In this document: piece after piece, positions 51,441 through 64,000 of the stretch | Numbering within the stretch: position 1 is the stretch's first letter | Layout of the letters: every line of letters begins with the position of its first letter | NCBI RefSeq assembly: GCF_006345805.1 | Contig: NC_043001.1 | Span: 85,746,001 to 85,810,000, forward strand | Origin: Octopus sinensis | Taxonomy: Eukaryota | DNA: 64,000 nt | Direction of reading: 5' to 3' | The notes under the pieces: model-generated | The model's database searches: none | What the model saw: the letters and a program-made list of their open reading frames with translations, nothing else | Told to the model about the DNA's origin: nothing | Program-made: the position numbers and the translations under genes

Positions 51441-53221
51441 ATACTCTATATAATAAACAATGGTAAAATATATTTATGATTAAAATCATATGTCCGAAAA
51501 CAAACCGAAAATAATTAATACTACAACTACTACAAAAATAACAAATTCCTCTTTAAGAGCACGCATGTTTGAAAAAGTTAAACAAAAGCGCTCACACACT
51601 AGGAAAAAACTTCTTCCCAAAAAGTAACATCCTCATAAAAGATATCATAACATTCTTAATTTTTTTTTTTAATTACAGTTACACTTCAAAACTGTATTAA
51701 GTAATATATATGTGTATGTGTGTGTGCAAGCCCCCTCCCCACATACACAAACGTACACATTCTCGGGTAAACTTAAGTTTCAGATAGCTGGTTGTAAAAA
51801 TCTCGGTGTTAGTGATCTTGAAGTTGAGTTAATTCTGGTAGCAAATTATATTTTTCGATTACTAATAGCCAAAAGCTTTTATCGTGTATGTATGTATGAA
51901 GCAATTGCCTCAGCACATGAACATACAAAATAGTTTCACGATATTAGGGTGTGGGATCATCCGATAACCCACATAAAAATTTGTGTACGTGATTTTGTAG
52001 CAGAACCACTTCTACATAGCGTATATCTCTGATGTATTTCGCAAGGAATCGAAGAGTTGCGGGATCTTGAACTCTAAGCCATGACAGTATTGGTGCCTTA
52101 TTCTCGACTGAAACGGTAGAACTTCGTCACTATTCAGTGGGTGGGGTTAACTCAGTTAAAACAAAATTTATTTCCGCTTCAAAATTTTCCCACCTTATTA
52201 GGAGCACATTTATTTAGTGAGATTTATCAGAAGCGGCTTCTAATAAATCAATCCTGTTTTTTTTTATATGGTATGTCTGACTGAATAAATAAATTTGTTT
52301 CAAGCAATTAACAAAAGAAAGCTAATTAATTTTTGCGTTGGTACTTGATTTGTGCGAGATAGCTATTAAAATCAGAATTCTTAATTAACTATGTAATTAA
52401 AGACAGTTGTCTTTCTATTCATTATAATTAATGCGAGTAGTCTCCAAGTACCATTAGTTCCTCAAATCTAGGATCTTCAACATAGTATCTTAAATAATGT
52501 TCAAACTTGACTGCATTTCAGCTTAAGTAGAACAAGCACTCAAACATACGCACGCACAGGTGCACACACTTGTATGTGTGCATGCGTTTGTGTCTGCATA
52601 TATACACACAGGCGGGTGTGAGCACGCGCAAATACACACACACACACACACACACTCATAGAGGCACATGCATTCTCATGGAAGTCTGGATAAGAATTTT
52701 AGTTTGCAACTACATGATTTCATGTTCTGTACCACTGTCCGGCATTTTAGACGAAGATACATGCATTCTCACTGCGGGCAGGCCAATGCCTTGATAGTGA
52801 CTTAACTGTAATATATGGAACTGTGGGCAGCCGTCGTGTATATACAAATGAGGAGAGCGGAATTCCTCAATACAAGGTCTTCTTTAGTCGCATTAAATAC
52901 GTGTACTTAAGAAGATGACCTCGCAACCACATAGTTTTCCAGTTGAGTTCCACTGCTCACAGCTTTGGCCAAGAGTTTCTTAGCCGTGACCTCTGACCGA
53001 CAAATGAGTGAAAATACTTCAAATTTAAGATGTATATTCAATTTTGTCTAAAATCAAACGGTGAGTCTATTCCATTAATCGGATTTACGATCCGCTGTTC
53101 TTTGAAGTTTTATACTCAGTATGCTGCTGCCAATGTTGGTTAGGCGTGATAATCTAGCGGGTTTCACATTACACACATACAAACATACACACATGCACAC
53201 ATACACACATACACGCACATA

Positions 53222-53443
53222 CAGTAATCCCTCCACTATCGCGGGTGTTACGTTCCAAAACCCCACACAGTTGAAAATCCGCGAAGTAGGAAGAGTACTG
53301 TAGTGTATATCTTTTATTATTATTTTTTTAAAATTTGTATATATTTATTTTATTATAAACGCAAAATAATACCACGGAGGAATCGACCTAAGCTTAAATA
53401 ATAAACCGCGATAAGTGAACCACGAAATAGAGGGGTATTACTG
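53222..53443. mobile_element. ~222-bp pogo/Tigger-like MITE
   Basis: imperfect TIRs CAGTAATCCCTC.. / ..GAGGGGTATTACTG with TA duplications at 53220-21 and 53444-45. Confidence 0.75.
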
Positions 53444-53466
53444 TATGTATATACATATATATATAA

Positions 53467-53732
53467 ATATTGAAATAAACGCGCCCTTTTAAAGCCTAGC
53501 CTGGCTCATGGGCTCGGTTTTCCGGTTTCAATGGCGTATGTTTTCCCCAGTTAGATGGGACGCCAGTCAATCGCAGCGTTATTCATTTTTGCCAGCTGAG
53601 TGGACTGACTGGAGCAACGGGAAATGAAGTGTTTTGCTCAAGAACACAACGCGTCGCGCAGTCCAGGAATCGAAACCACAATCTTACGATCATGATGCAG
53701 ACGCCCTAACCACTAAGCCACGCACCTCCACT
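53467..53732 (-). mobile_element. tRNA-derived SINE with CORE-like domain
   Basis: A/B-box head at the right end; core shared with the 31165 copy; 3' part shared with the 11213 copy. Confidence 0.7.
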
Positions 53733-53833
53733 TCACACACACACACACACAAACACACACACGCACATATATATATATACAATATTATTTTGGACGTATA
53801 CCTACTACTCTTATATATACATACATACATATA

Positions 53834-53916
<83 letters not shown>

Positions 53917-53981
53917 ATAAAGTAAGACCAGAAGGTATGCGTCCAAAATAATATTGTGTTAATAGATAAATATAAAAGTAT

Positions 53982-55829
53982 GACTCACTGTCACCACTCC
54001 TCTGTTGTTTAGCCTTAATACCTCTCTCAAAACTGCTTAATGACGCGCAGTACGGGTATAAAATTTTTGATAAAAATATAAATCATCTCATTTACATCGA
54101 TGATTTAAAGCTCTTTGCAAAAAATGACCAACAACTCAAGGGCTTACTAGCGATAGTCAAACAATTCAGTGACGACATCAGAATGCAATTCGGTCTCGAT
54201 AAATGTGCAAAAGCTACCTTTATCAAAGGAAAAATGACAGAAACATCTAACGCTAATCTTGACCAGCAGAATGTCATAAAAGAACTAGACCCAGCGGAGA
54301 GCTACAAGTACCTAGGGGTAATTGAAGGGAACGGAATAAAGCATTCAGAGATGAAGGAAAGGATCAGGAGAGAATGCTATCGAAGAGTGAGAGCAATACT
54401 CAAGACAGAGCTGAATGCAAGAAACAGGATCGAAGCGATAAATGCATTAGCCATACCAGTCGTGACTTACAGTTTCAATATCGTTAACTGGTCAATTACT
54501 GAAATATGTCAGCTCGACAGAAAAATAAGAAAACTGTTGACAATGCATAGAATGCATCACCCTAAGGCAGATACAGAACAACTTTATCTGCCAAGAAAAG
54601 AGGGAGGCCGTGGTCTTTTGCAACTGGTAGTAACAATGAAGATTGCTACAATTGGCCTAGACACCTACCTGAAAATATCTGAAGACTGGATGTTAAAACT
54701 TGTCTCAAAACATGAAAACAAGAAAGCATCATCCTCAGTAACAAAACAGGCAAAGGAATATCTAAGTGAATTCCGAATACAACCAATTTCGGAATTAGAG
54801 ATAGACATTAAGAAACAAGCACAGAAGAAGCTAGGCGCATGAAAACCCGTGCCAAAACTGCGGCCTTAGATATTCTGAATAATAAATGGCAAGAAAAACC
54901 TCTCTATGGCAAATACCCAAAGAGAGCGAATAATGCACATATTGACAAAGCCGTGACCCATCAATGGCTAATAGCCTTAAAATCTGAAACAGAGGGGTTT
55001 ATCATAGCAGCTCAAGATCAATGCCTACCAACAAGAAACTACCAGGCCAACATATTAAAGAACGGCAGTAGCCCAACATGTCGTGTATGCCGAAAACAAA
55101 ATGAAACCATTGATCATGTTGTCTCCAAATGCAGTCTTCTAGCGCCTACAGAGTACCTCAACAGGCATGATAGAACTGCACAATATATTCACTGGGTAAT
55201 TTGCAAAAACCTGGATTTGCCCCATGAAAAAAACTGGTGGGAACACTATTCTCAACCAGTGGTTGAAAATGACCACATCTCACTCCTCTGGAACTTCACC
55301 ATTCAAACCGACAGAAAGATAGATGCAAATAGTCCAGACATCATATTGAAAGACTTCAGACAAAGAACATGCCTCCTCATTGATATGACTGTCCCAATCG
55401 ATATAAACGTATCTGTCAAGACCTACCAAAAACTGAGCAAATATAAAGATCTAGAAATAGAAATCAGCAAAATGTGGAAGCTGAAGACTAAAACAATACC
55501 TGTTGTCATAGGTGCCCTGGGAATGATAGCGAAAGGGACTGATTGCTACCTAACTCAGATACCAGGAAACCCCAAAATGGCAGAAATTCAAAAGATAGTG
55601 CTCATGGGAACTGCTCATATCTTACGCAAAATACTCTCTATGTAATCCCAAGGTTTAAAACAAACTTTTTTTATGTATTAGACATTCACTAGTACAACAC
55701 CCCCCAAAAAAATATATATATGGCACACTAGGCATAACAACAACGTGGACTTCCAACCTGTTGTCTCTTGAGGTCTCTGGGTGAGACTTGCAGCCAACTT
55801 GTACAGACATAAAGCAAAAATCAAACATA

Positions 55830-55830
<1 letters not shown>
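53982..55830 (+). mobile_element. R4/Dong family B, 5'-truncated (RT C-half, CCHC, REL, 3' UTR)
   Basis: DSLSPLL, LIYIDDLKL, YKYLG, CRVCRKQNETIDHVVSKC, RHD, PDIILKD..IDMTVP..KY; one frameshift near 54820; (AAT)n(AAC)n tail 55831-55925. Confidence 0.9.
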
Positions 55831-55895
<65 letters not shown>

Positions 55896-55985
55896 CAACA
55901 ACAACAACAACAACAATAATAATAACAGCAACATCGAAAAATACCTTAGGAATGAGAACCCAGTTTCCAAATTTCCCCAAGTCAT

Positions 55986-56021
55986 CTGATGAAGGCTGAA
56001 GGGTATATCAGCCGAAATGTT
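55986..56021 (+). ncRNA. hammerhead ribozyme motif in a probable Penelope pseudo-LTR (~55930-56125), stem III degenerate
   Basis: CUGAUGA-A-GGCUGA-AGGGUAUA-UCAGCC-GAAAU-GUU. Confidence 0.55.
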
Positions 56022-56153
56022 GTGTTAAAAACAAACAAGATGAGGACAAATATCCGTCAAACGTAAATAATGTACATAATGTAAATAATGTACATAATTC
56101 CTCACCATTTAAATATAGAACTGTATAATATATATATATATATGTGTGTGTTG

Positions 56154-56212
<59 letters not shown>

Positions 56213-56617
56213 CGGTTGTGTGACCAAAAAAATTGGAAAGGCAAAAAGTGTAGATTACAAGTGTAGATACATCAGAAACTAAAGAATTCGTAGATTTGAA
56301 ATATTACTCTGGTTTCTGTAACTTTAAATGGATGAGATGGACATTTTCTCTGGAGTAATTAGTATTCACTCTAGAACCGGTTTCTTTGTGAAAGCTGTGT
56401 TTGCTTGTTTGTATGCACGCATATATGTACGTGTGTGCGTGTGTGTATGTGTGTGTGTGTGTGTGTTTATGTATATATTGAGAGAGGCAAAACAGAAAGA
56501 GAGAGAGAGAGACAAAGGCAGAGGGACAGACAAACAGACAGACAGATAGATTGATAGATAGATAGATGGATAGATAGATAGATAGATAGATAGATGGATA
56601 GATGGATAGATAGATAC

Positions 56618-56736
<119 letters not shown>

Positions 56737-57085
56737 TGTTTCTTTATTAGCCACACAGAGCTGCACACAGATAGAACAAATTACAAGGTAGAGCTTTTCT
56801 TTTGAGGGTTAAAAAAAAAAAGAGAGGGGGGGAGTTTCGATCAAAAGGGATCGTAAAAGGAGAGAAAGAGGACAAAAAAAAGGGGGAGTTTAAAAAAAAT
56901 GGGGAGAGGAAAAAATTGATCAATAGGGATCGTTATCACAAGAATGTCAATATGAAGTGTAAAGGGGAGGACAGGTGAGGTTTACCCGTGGAAAGAAAAG
57001 CCTACGGAAAAGACCACGGTAACCTCGGTCAATGAAGTCACATGTTATATTTCTTTTTTTTTTTTTTTTGCAAATAAGCAACTCT
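56737..57085 (-). mobile_element. LINE-like 3' UTR with AATAAA and (CTAT)n tail, between two (GATA)n tracts
   Basis: minus strand pyrimidine-rich sequence ending ...gtggctaataaagaaacatatctatctatc; (GATA)n at ~56540-56735 and ~57088-57435; family not assignable from coding sequence. Confidence 0.4.
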
Positions 57086-57262
57086 CATGGATAGATAGAT
57101 AGATAGATAGATAGAATAGATAGATAGATAGATAGATAGACAGACAGATAGACAGATAGACAGATAGACAGACAGATAGATAGATAGATAGATAGAGATA
57201 GATAGATAGATAGTAGATAGATAGATAGATAGATAGACAGAGACAGACAGACAGACAGACAG

Positions 57263-57353
<91 letters not shown>

Positions 57354-57354
57354 T

Positions 57355-57438
<84 letters not shown>

Positions 57439-57952
57439 ACAGACAAACATATTACACATTACTTAAGAAGCAATACAAATCTAAGGGAAGCAATCACACA
57501 AAATACGTATTAGAAAATGAAAAAGTTGCTGGTAAACTTGACTTAATATGCATTATTTATTTTTTCCATTGCTTTATTTAAGTTATTACATAATTGAGAG
57601 TATATTTTGGGAGTGTGAAGTCAGTGCATCGCATTCACCGAAGATTATCTTTATAATGATTCTATTCTTGGGATTCTATGATATAATCTTGTAATTTGTT
57701 TTCAAATCTAATATACAGTCAAATACAGAAGTGGAAATTATAATGAAGTCATATTATGTCATGGGCATAGTCTAAAGTTTGTTTTTGAGTTTATGCTTCT
57801 ACTAGAGATGTAGCTGCGAAAACAACCGCAATACGCTACAGATATATATATAGTTAATCCAAACATGAAATCACAAAGAGAAAACACAACAATGCGAGGA
57901 CGTGGAACAAATATAGTATTATTGGACGCTCAGGAAGGAGGGAAGAAGGAGG

Positions 57953-57987
57953 GTTTTACATTTCGAGCGGAGCTCTTCGTCAGAAAC
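57953..57987 (-). ncRNA. minimal hammerhead motif in the second pseudo-LTR copy (57853-58050)
   Basis: minus strand GUUU-CUGACGA-A-GAGC-UCC-GCUC-GAAAU-GUA-AAAC. Confidence 0.6.
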
Positions 57988-58659
57988 ATAGGAAAAGGAA
58001 AGATCCAGAGAAGGGAAGACGGAGGAAAAAAAATCGCCAGCGGTACGCACGCGGTCACAATATATATATATAAACCCTCATACAAATCAAAGAATGTTAA
58101 GCACACTTGTGCACATGCACACGTCTGCATATATGTTCAAATAGGCACGAACATACAGAGAAACAGATACCCATTTAACTATACATTTATGCGTTGACAC
58201 ACGTAGATACACGTCCATACGTATATAAACACATATATGTACACATGCTGAACGCAGGCATATACATACACATTTATCCAAAGTTTCATTGTGATATATG
58301 ACTTTCGAAAGCAAATGAGAAATGGTGCAAAGCAGAATGAAAAATGAAGGAAAAGCGATGTGGCGGGGTAGAGAAAGGTAAGCAGGAGAAATGTAAGAGT
58401 AGATGAACAATACAAACAGCATAAACAACATAAATAATAACAACAATAGAAATAGTGGCGGCGATGATGACAACAACGGGAACGTGTATAAGAACTAGGA
58501 AAAAAAATACTCGAAATTTTAAAATATATATGAATGAACAGGGGGAAGAAAAGAAAGAAGACGAAGTAGTAGTAGTCGGAAAAGATGTAATAGTAGTAGT
58601 AGAAGGTGGGAGAGGAAAGAGGGAGGAGGAGAGGTAGGAAGAAGGAATGAAAGAAATTA

Positions 58660-58925
58660 AGAAAGAAAAAAATTAGGAGGAGGAAGAGGAGAGGAGAATA
58701 AAAGAAAGAGAATGAAGAGGATATGATGATGATGATGATGAAGAACAACAACAACAACAATAACAAGAACAGGAAGAACAAGAAGAAGAACAAGAGGAAA
58801 AAGAAAAAGAACAAGAACAAGAAGAACAACAACAAGAAGAAAGAAGGAGAAGAAAGAAGAAGAAGAAGAAGAAGAAGAAGAAGAAGAAGAAAGAAGAAGA
58901 AGAAGAAGAAGAAGAAGAAGAGGAG
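58660..58925. repeat. purine-rich low-complexity tract with (GAT)n, (AAC)n, (AAG)n
   Basis: direct reading. Confidence 0.9.
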
Positions 58926-59451
58926 ACTGGGGCATGGGCTTACTGCTGCCAACTAAATGACATGAACATGTCAAGTGGAGGTGGGGTGGAGAGCAGGGTA
59001 GAAAAATAAATCAAATCTGTCCATATGGGGAAAACACTATTCTTTTATCTGTAAAACTGTGAGAAAAAAATGCAGAAAACAAAAGAACAAGAATAAAAAA
59101 AAGCAAACAGCAATAACCCATCAGAGAATTGTAAACGGTTGGATAAAGTGAGCTGGTTATTAAAAAGGGTCGGGGTGTCATATCTATGGAGAAGAAGGCC
59201 AAAGATTTGAACTCGCTTTTTCTTTTATAGTTATTTTCCTTTTTTTTCTTTCTTGATAGGTTTGGTTCTTTGGTGATAGATGGCGGTGGCAGGGGCGGGT
59301 GGAATAATTTATGGAGGTTGGCCTTCTGAAGTTTTTAACTTAGTCTGATGTATTTTTAGATTGTTTTTCAATCACGGATAGAGTTTACGGTGTTACTCTA
59401 GTATCAAGGTCTGAATGTGTCTTGTGTGTGCATGTATGGCAATGTGTGCCT

Positions 59452-59488
<37 letters not shown>

Positions 59489-60069
59489 CTATGCCTCTGA
59501 ACGCTCCTATGATTATTTTTGTTAATTTCTTAGTCTCTAACCCTCACCACTACTTCCTCCCTTTCGCTCGCTCCTCTGCATGTATTGTACGATATTATAT
59601 TCTGTGTTACATCATATCGTTTCATATATTAGACTACATTCTTATATTGCCATATCCATTCATGGATATGGCATACAAGTGGGCAGAACGCTACCGACAA
59701 CATCGTGCCGACTATTGCTGTTGGGAATATTGGGGACCAGCATGTCTGAAGTGTTATCAAAATATACATACATACATTTTTTTATTCTTCAATTCTTTTA
59801 TAAGTTTCAGCCCAAGGATGTGGCCATACTGGGGCACCGCCAGTCATACACACGTATGTATGTGTGTAAGGGCGTTGAGCTGGCAGAGAAGATAGCACGG
59901 TAGACAAAATGGTTAGCAACATTTCGTCCATCTTTACGTTGTTAGTTCAAATTCCACCGTGGTCGACTTTGTCTACCATCAATAAAATGAGTACCAGTTG
60001 AACACTGGTGTCGCTGTAATCGACTTGACTCTTCTCCGAACTTCCTGGCCATGTGCCAAAATTTGAGAC

Positions 60070-60124
<55 letters not shown>

Positions 60125-60342
60125 AATAAGGATATATCGATATTTAAATATCGATACTATCAAGTGGCCAGCATCGGAAAAAATACCATAGGAAGGTAAT
60201 ATTCAGTAATATTTTTGCTAGTCTATTTTGTCCCTTTGTCTTATCTCATGGTGCGATATGAACATTTAACGTGTTTTTTAGAGTCAGGGATTTGACTGGT
60301 ATTTCGGCATGGTGGTGTCTCTCAGACACCCTTATTTTTAGT

Positions 60343-60378
<36 letters not shown>

Positions 60379-60674
60379 AATTAAATTAGAGATAAAACCA
60401 CTATTATGCAAATCAAACAGTGAAAAACATAAACCAAAACATAAAAATAAATTTAATTAATATATATACTAAATATATAAAATATAAATTCAAAATTTAA
60501 ATTAGTTAAAGTTAAAGTTTTTAATTTAATATTTATAAATTTTTATTTTTTTATATATTTTAATTATCTATTTTTTAATCACTATCAAAAAGTATTAAAA
60601 ATTTAATATGATATAAAAAGTAAAAACACTGCGTACGTTTAATGGCCATAACCCAATTCGAATTACAATAATTA

Positions 60675-60774
60675 NNNNNNNNNNNNNNNNNNNNNNNNNN
60701 NNNNNNNNNNNNNNNNNNNNNNNNNNNNNNNNNNNNNNNNNNNNNNNNNNNNNNNNNNNNNNNNNNNNNNNNNN
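60675..60774. other. assembly gap (100 N)
   Basis: run of exactly 100 n. Confidence 1.
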
Positions 60775-61918
60775 TTTTTTGATAATCATTATTTTTTTCT
60801 CTCTCTCGTAATTGATTTATATAGAATTTTGTGATTAAATCTGGATTTAGGTTTCAGTTTGGTGGGTGGGGGGTGTGGAGGCGTTGTATAGTCTGAAGGC
60901 AGTGTGGAGTAGACATTTTAATTACTATGTGGTAAAAAGCTTCCTTCCACGCCGTACGGTTCCAGGTTCAGTCCTACTGTGTAACACCTTGTTCAAGTGT
61001 CTTCTACTATAGTCTCCGTTTCACCAAAGCTTTGTGATTGATTTTGGTAAACGGAAACTGAAAGAAGCCCGCCGTATATATAAATATATATACATTTATT
61101 TATATAATTTATGTATGTAAATATGTATGTATGTTTGCATGTATGTATGCATGCATATATGTATGTTAGTGTTTTTATGACTGTGTGTCTTTGTGTTTGA
61201 CAATAGAAAGACCGCTAGAATAAGCACCAGGCTTAGAGAAGGCTCAAATAATTACTGGAGTCGAATCCTTCCAGACGTTGCTACAGCATGACCGTAACCC
61301 AATGACTGAAATAATTAAGCTATAAAAAGATAAAATATACATGAATCTTTAAACAAGTTCAGTTTGTAATAATAATAATGTTCACTTGATCATGGGGGTT
61401 CTGTTAGTTCCTTCTCTTTAGACAATATTGTAAATTCAATTGGATTCCCATTTCTTACATGTAAATAGATAGGCCTGTTGGATGTGCATCTAAGTCGTTT
61501 ACTTTGCAAGCATGTGATTCTGGAATCCAGATTACGCGATGATGGACAACATAAGTATCTTTTCCATGTACCTGCTTCGAGCCATCCTATACACGCCATA
61601 TCTGAATAAATCACGATAACGAAAAAGAAATGTCTGTAGCTTTCAGTTATGAGCAGTTGGTTTTTCCTATTAACTGAACAATTTAATTGGTGCAAGCGTG
61701 GCTGTGTGTTAAGAAGCTTGCTTCCCAAAAACTTAGTTCCAAGCTCAGTCACATTGCCTGGCAACTTGTGCAAGTATCTTCTACTCTAGCTTAGGGTCGA
61801 CATAAGACTTGTGAGTGGAATTGGGAGTGAGAAATTGAAAGAAACCAGTTTTGTGTGTGTGAGTGTGTGAGTGTGTGTGTGTGTGTGCATGTGTGTGTGT
61901 ATTTGTGCGTGTGTGTGT

Positions 61919-61951
<33 letters not shown>

Positions 61952-63859
61952 TTCTTGTCCTTTAGCGCCCCTTGGTAACCGATGTTGATGTGTTTACGTA
62001 CCCGTAACTTAACACCGATAAAATAAGCACCAGCTTTAAAAATAAAATAACTACTGGTTTCGATTGATACTACCCTAGTATTTCAAGGCATTGCCAGAGT
62101 ATGGCCGCAGTCTAATGAGTGAAAAAAGTAAAAGATAAATATGATTTCCATCAAAAATAAGATATAATTGACTAAGCATTAGAGAAAACATTTGTACACT
62201 TAATCTATTTCTTAGGTAGACACAATATGTGACACAAAGCGTCACAAAAAATTGCAGGTACAGTCTAACACTTTGTATTTCCACAGTTTCCGTCTAACCA
62301 ATTTGACTTACGAATCTAGAGCTGATCTGAAGCTATGCCAAAAGTTACATGCTCATGATGTCATACCTGAGCTCAAATTTATAACCCCGTGATCGCATAT
62401 GGAGCATTTCAATCACTCAAATGCTTCTGCGTACAAATATATAATATACAATATATGTGTTAAGTAACGAAGGATGTCATTAAAGACGGAGCAATCTCCC
62501 AAGTAGGATTGATCGACCAGAGATGACCTGGCGCCAACCAACATCATTAACATCGAGATAAATTTTGATTGTCGTAAATGACGAGAACTCGTAAACAATG
62601 TGTTCAGCATAATCCTTTGAATCCCAAATGCTAATCTCTATGATATATGAAGCGTAAATATTTTAAGACAGTTTGCAGATATGAAAGTCATTAACCAATG
62701 TCTTTAATGGTTGCACGAGAAGTATATATGTATAATATTCCAATTTAGCTCAGATCAACTCTGATTAAGTAATCATAATTCTCCCAAGTTATCCCAGTCG
62801 TGACCAACCTGATTTGGTTTTGTTTTTCTGATATAGTATATTAGGGTAAACTGACGTAATAATCCGTCAGTGATGGCGGATTATTCTGATTAAGCTGACG
62901 GATTATTCAATAGATTTTGTAAAATACAAATTTCATATATTTCGGAGCGAAGGTTATTAATAGTGACTTCGAAGTTTCGACCACTTAGCCAGTCAACAGA
63001 CTGTAGTACATTCGAGTTACCTTAGTCTCTCTGTTAAGCTAAATTTTTTCGGGATAGGCGTAGCTCTGTTGAATGAGAATTTGGTTGTAGGTGTTTGGGG
63101 AAATTTTTGTTGATTAAATTTTGTTGATTTTATTTGTGCATGAGAAACTGTGTAATTAGGTGTCTATTTAGGTGTGGCAGCTTCAGATCAGAGGGTTCTC
63201 GAAAGAAAATAGGAAGATGGAAGGAGGTATTTGGTCAGCATTAGCTTTAGTTACTATTGGTTTTATTTGTTTTGGAAATGTGAGGGATAAATTTCAGAGT
63301 TCGGTTTAGCATTTAAAGTTATGTAATTAGGCGTTATTATATAAATATGTCAGATTTTAGGCCATGGAGTTTCTCAGGGTTCACAAAGGAATGTAGCGTA
63401 GTTAAAAGTTTAGTTGGCCAGCAGAATTCTTTACTTCTTGTTGCTGTTACGATTTCAACTGTTTGTTTGGGGAAGATAAGGGTCATCCGTCACACATGTC
63501 ATGGTGTTTTTAGCATAAAACTTTGTTTATCTTACGATTTAATGTTCAGAAATGTGCATAGGTTGCTTAGTCAACATATTATCTCGAGAATCTAATTCTT
63601 TTGTGCGACTCATCACAAACTACACTACATCCTAATTATGATTCAATACAAGTACACCTAACCTAGCAAGTTTTAATTTGCAGAGGCTATATGTAGCTAA
63701 GATGATCTCAAATGTGCTACATTACCATGATTAGTTAACCGGCCGAAAGTTCAGTCACACTCAATATTATTCTAGTTAAAGAATTATGTGTGTGTATTGC
63801 GTGTATAGATATAAATGAATATAAATAAATAAATATATATATATTATATATATATATAT

Positions 63860-63894
<35 letters not shown>

Positions 63895-64000
63895 ATGTCC
63901 TTGGGAGATGTATGTATATATATATACAACACAGAAAGAATTCCAACTAATTCTGTTTTTTATGTTTTATTTATATTCTTTATGATATTAATGTAGAATA

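Noticed and set aside
51545-51585. ctttaagagcacgcatgtttgaaaaagtt as a decayed hammerhead after the GIY-YIG ORF
   Set aside because: Position fits a PLE pseudo-LTR, but the core has several mismatches.
60280-60774. AT-rich quasi-palindromic sequence running into the N gap
   Set aside because: Truncated by the gap; may be a repeat terminus but cannot be interpreted.

Overview
Eukaryotic, AT-rich, microsatellite-dense DNA, almost certainly from an octopus (inferred from the S-crystallin gene and the repeat landscape). The only host gene I can support is one intact six-exon S-crystallin (GST-sigma-derived lens crystallin) on the + strand, CDS 22255-35282, 215 aa. Its GT-AG introns all reassemble in frame, and it includes a 30-nt symmetric micro-exon encoding the central loop. 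Most of the rest is transposon-derived. There are about ten segments of R4/Dong-clade non-LTR retrotransposons (RT plus REL endonuclease) from several families, most abutting (AAT)n, including a near-full-length copy at 16338-20304. Also present are a twice-occurring ~555-bp non-coding element, Penelope-like remnants carrying five type I hammerhead ribozyme motifs (two in a fold-back ~1.1 kb upstream of the crystallin ATG), mariner elements and MITEs, RTE and Tx1/L1 fragments, and many tRNA-derived SINEs. Two near-identical local tandem duplications have junctions inside microsatellites. Most short ORFs in the track are microsatellite or antisense artefacts. There is a 100-N scaffold gap at 60675-60774. 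All family assignments rest on motif recognition by eye; no database searches were run.
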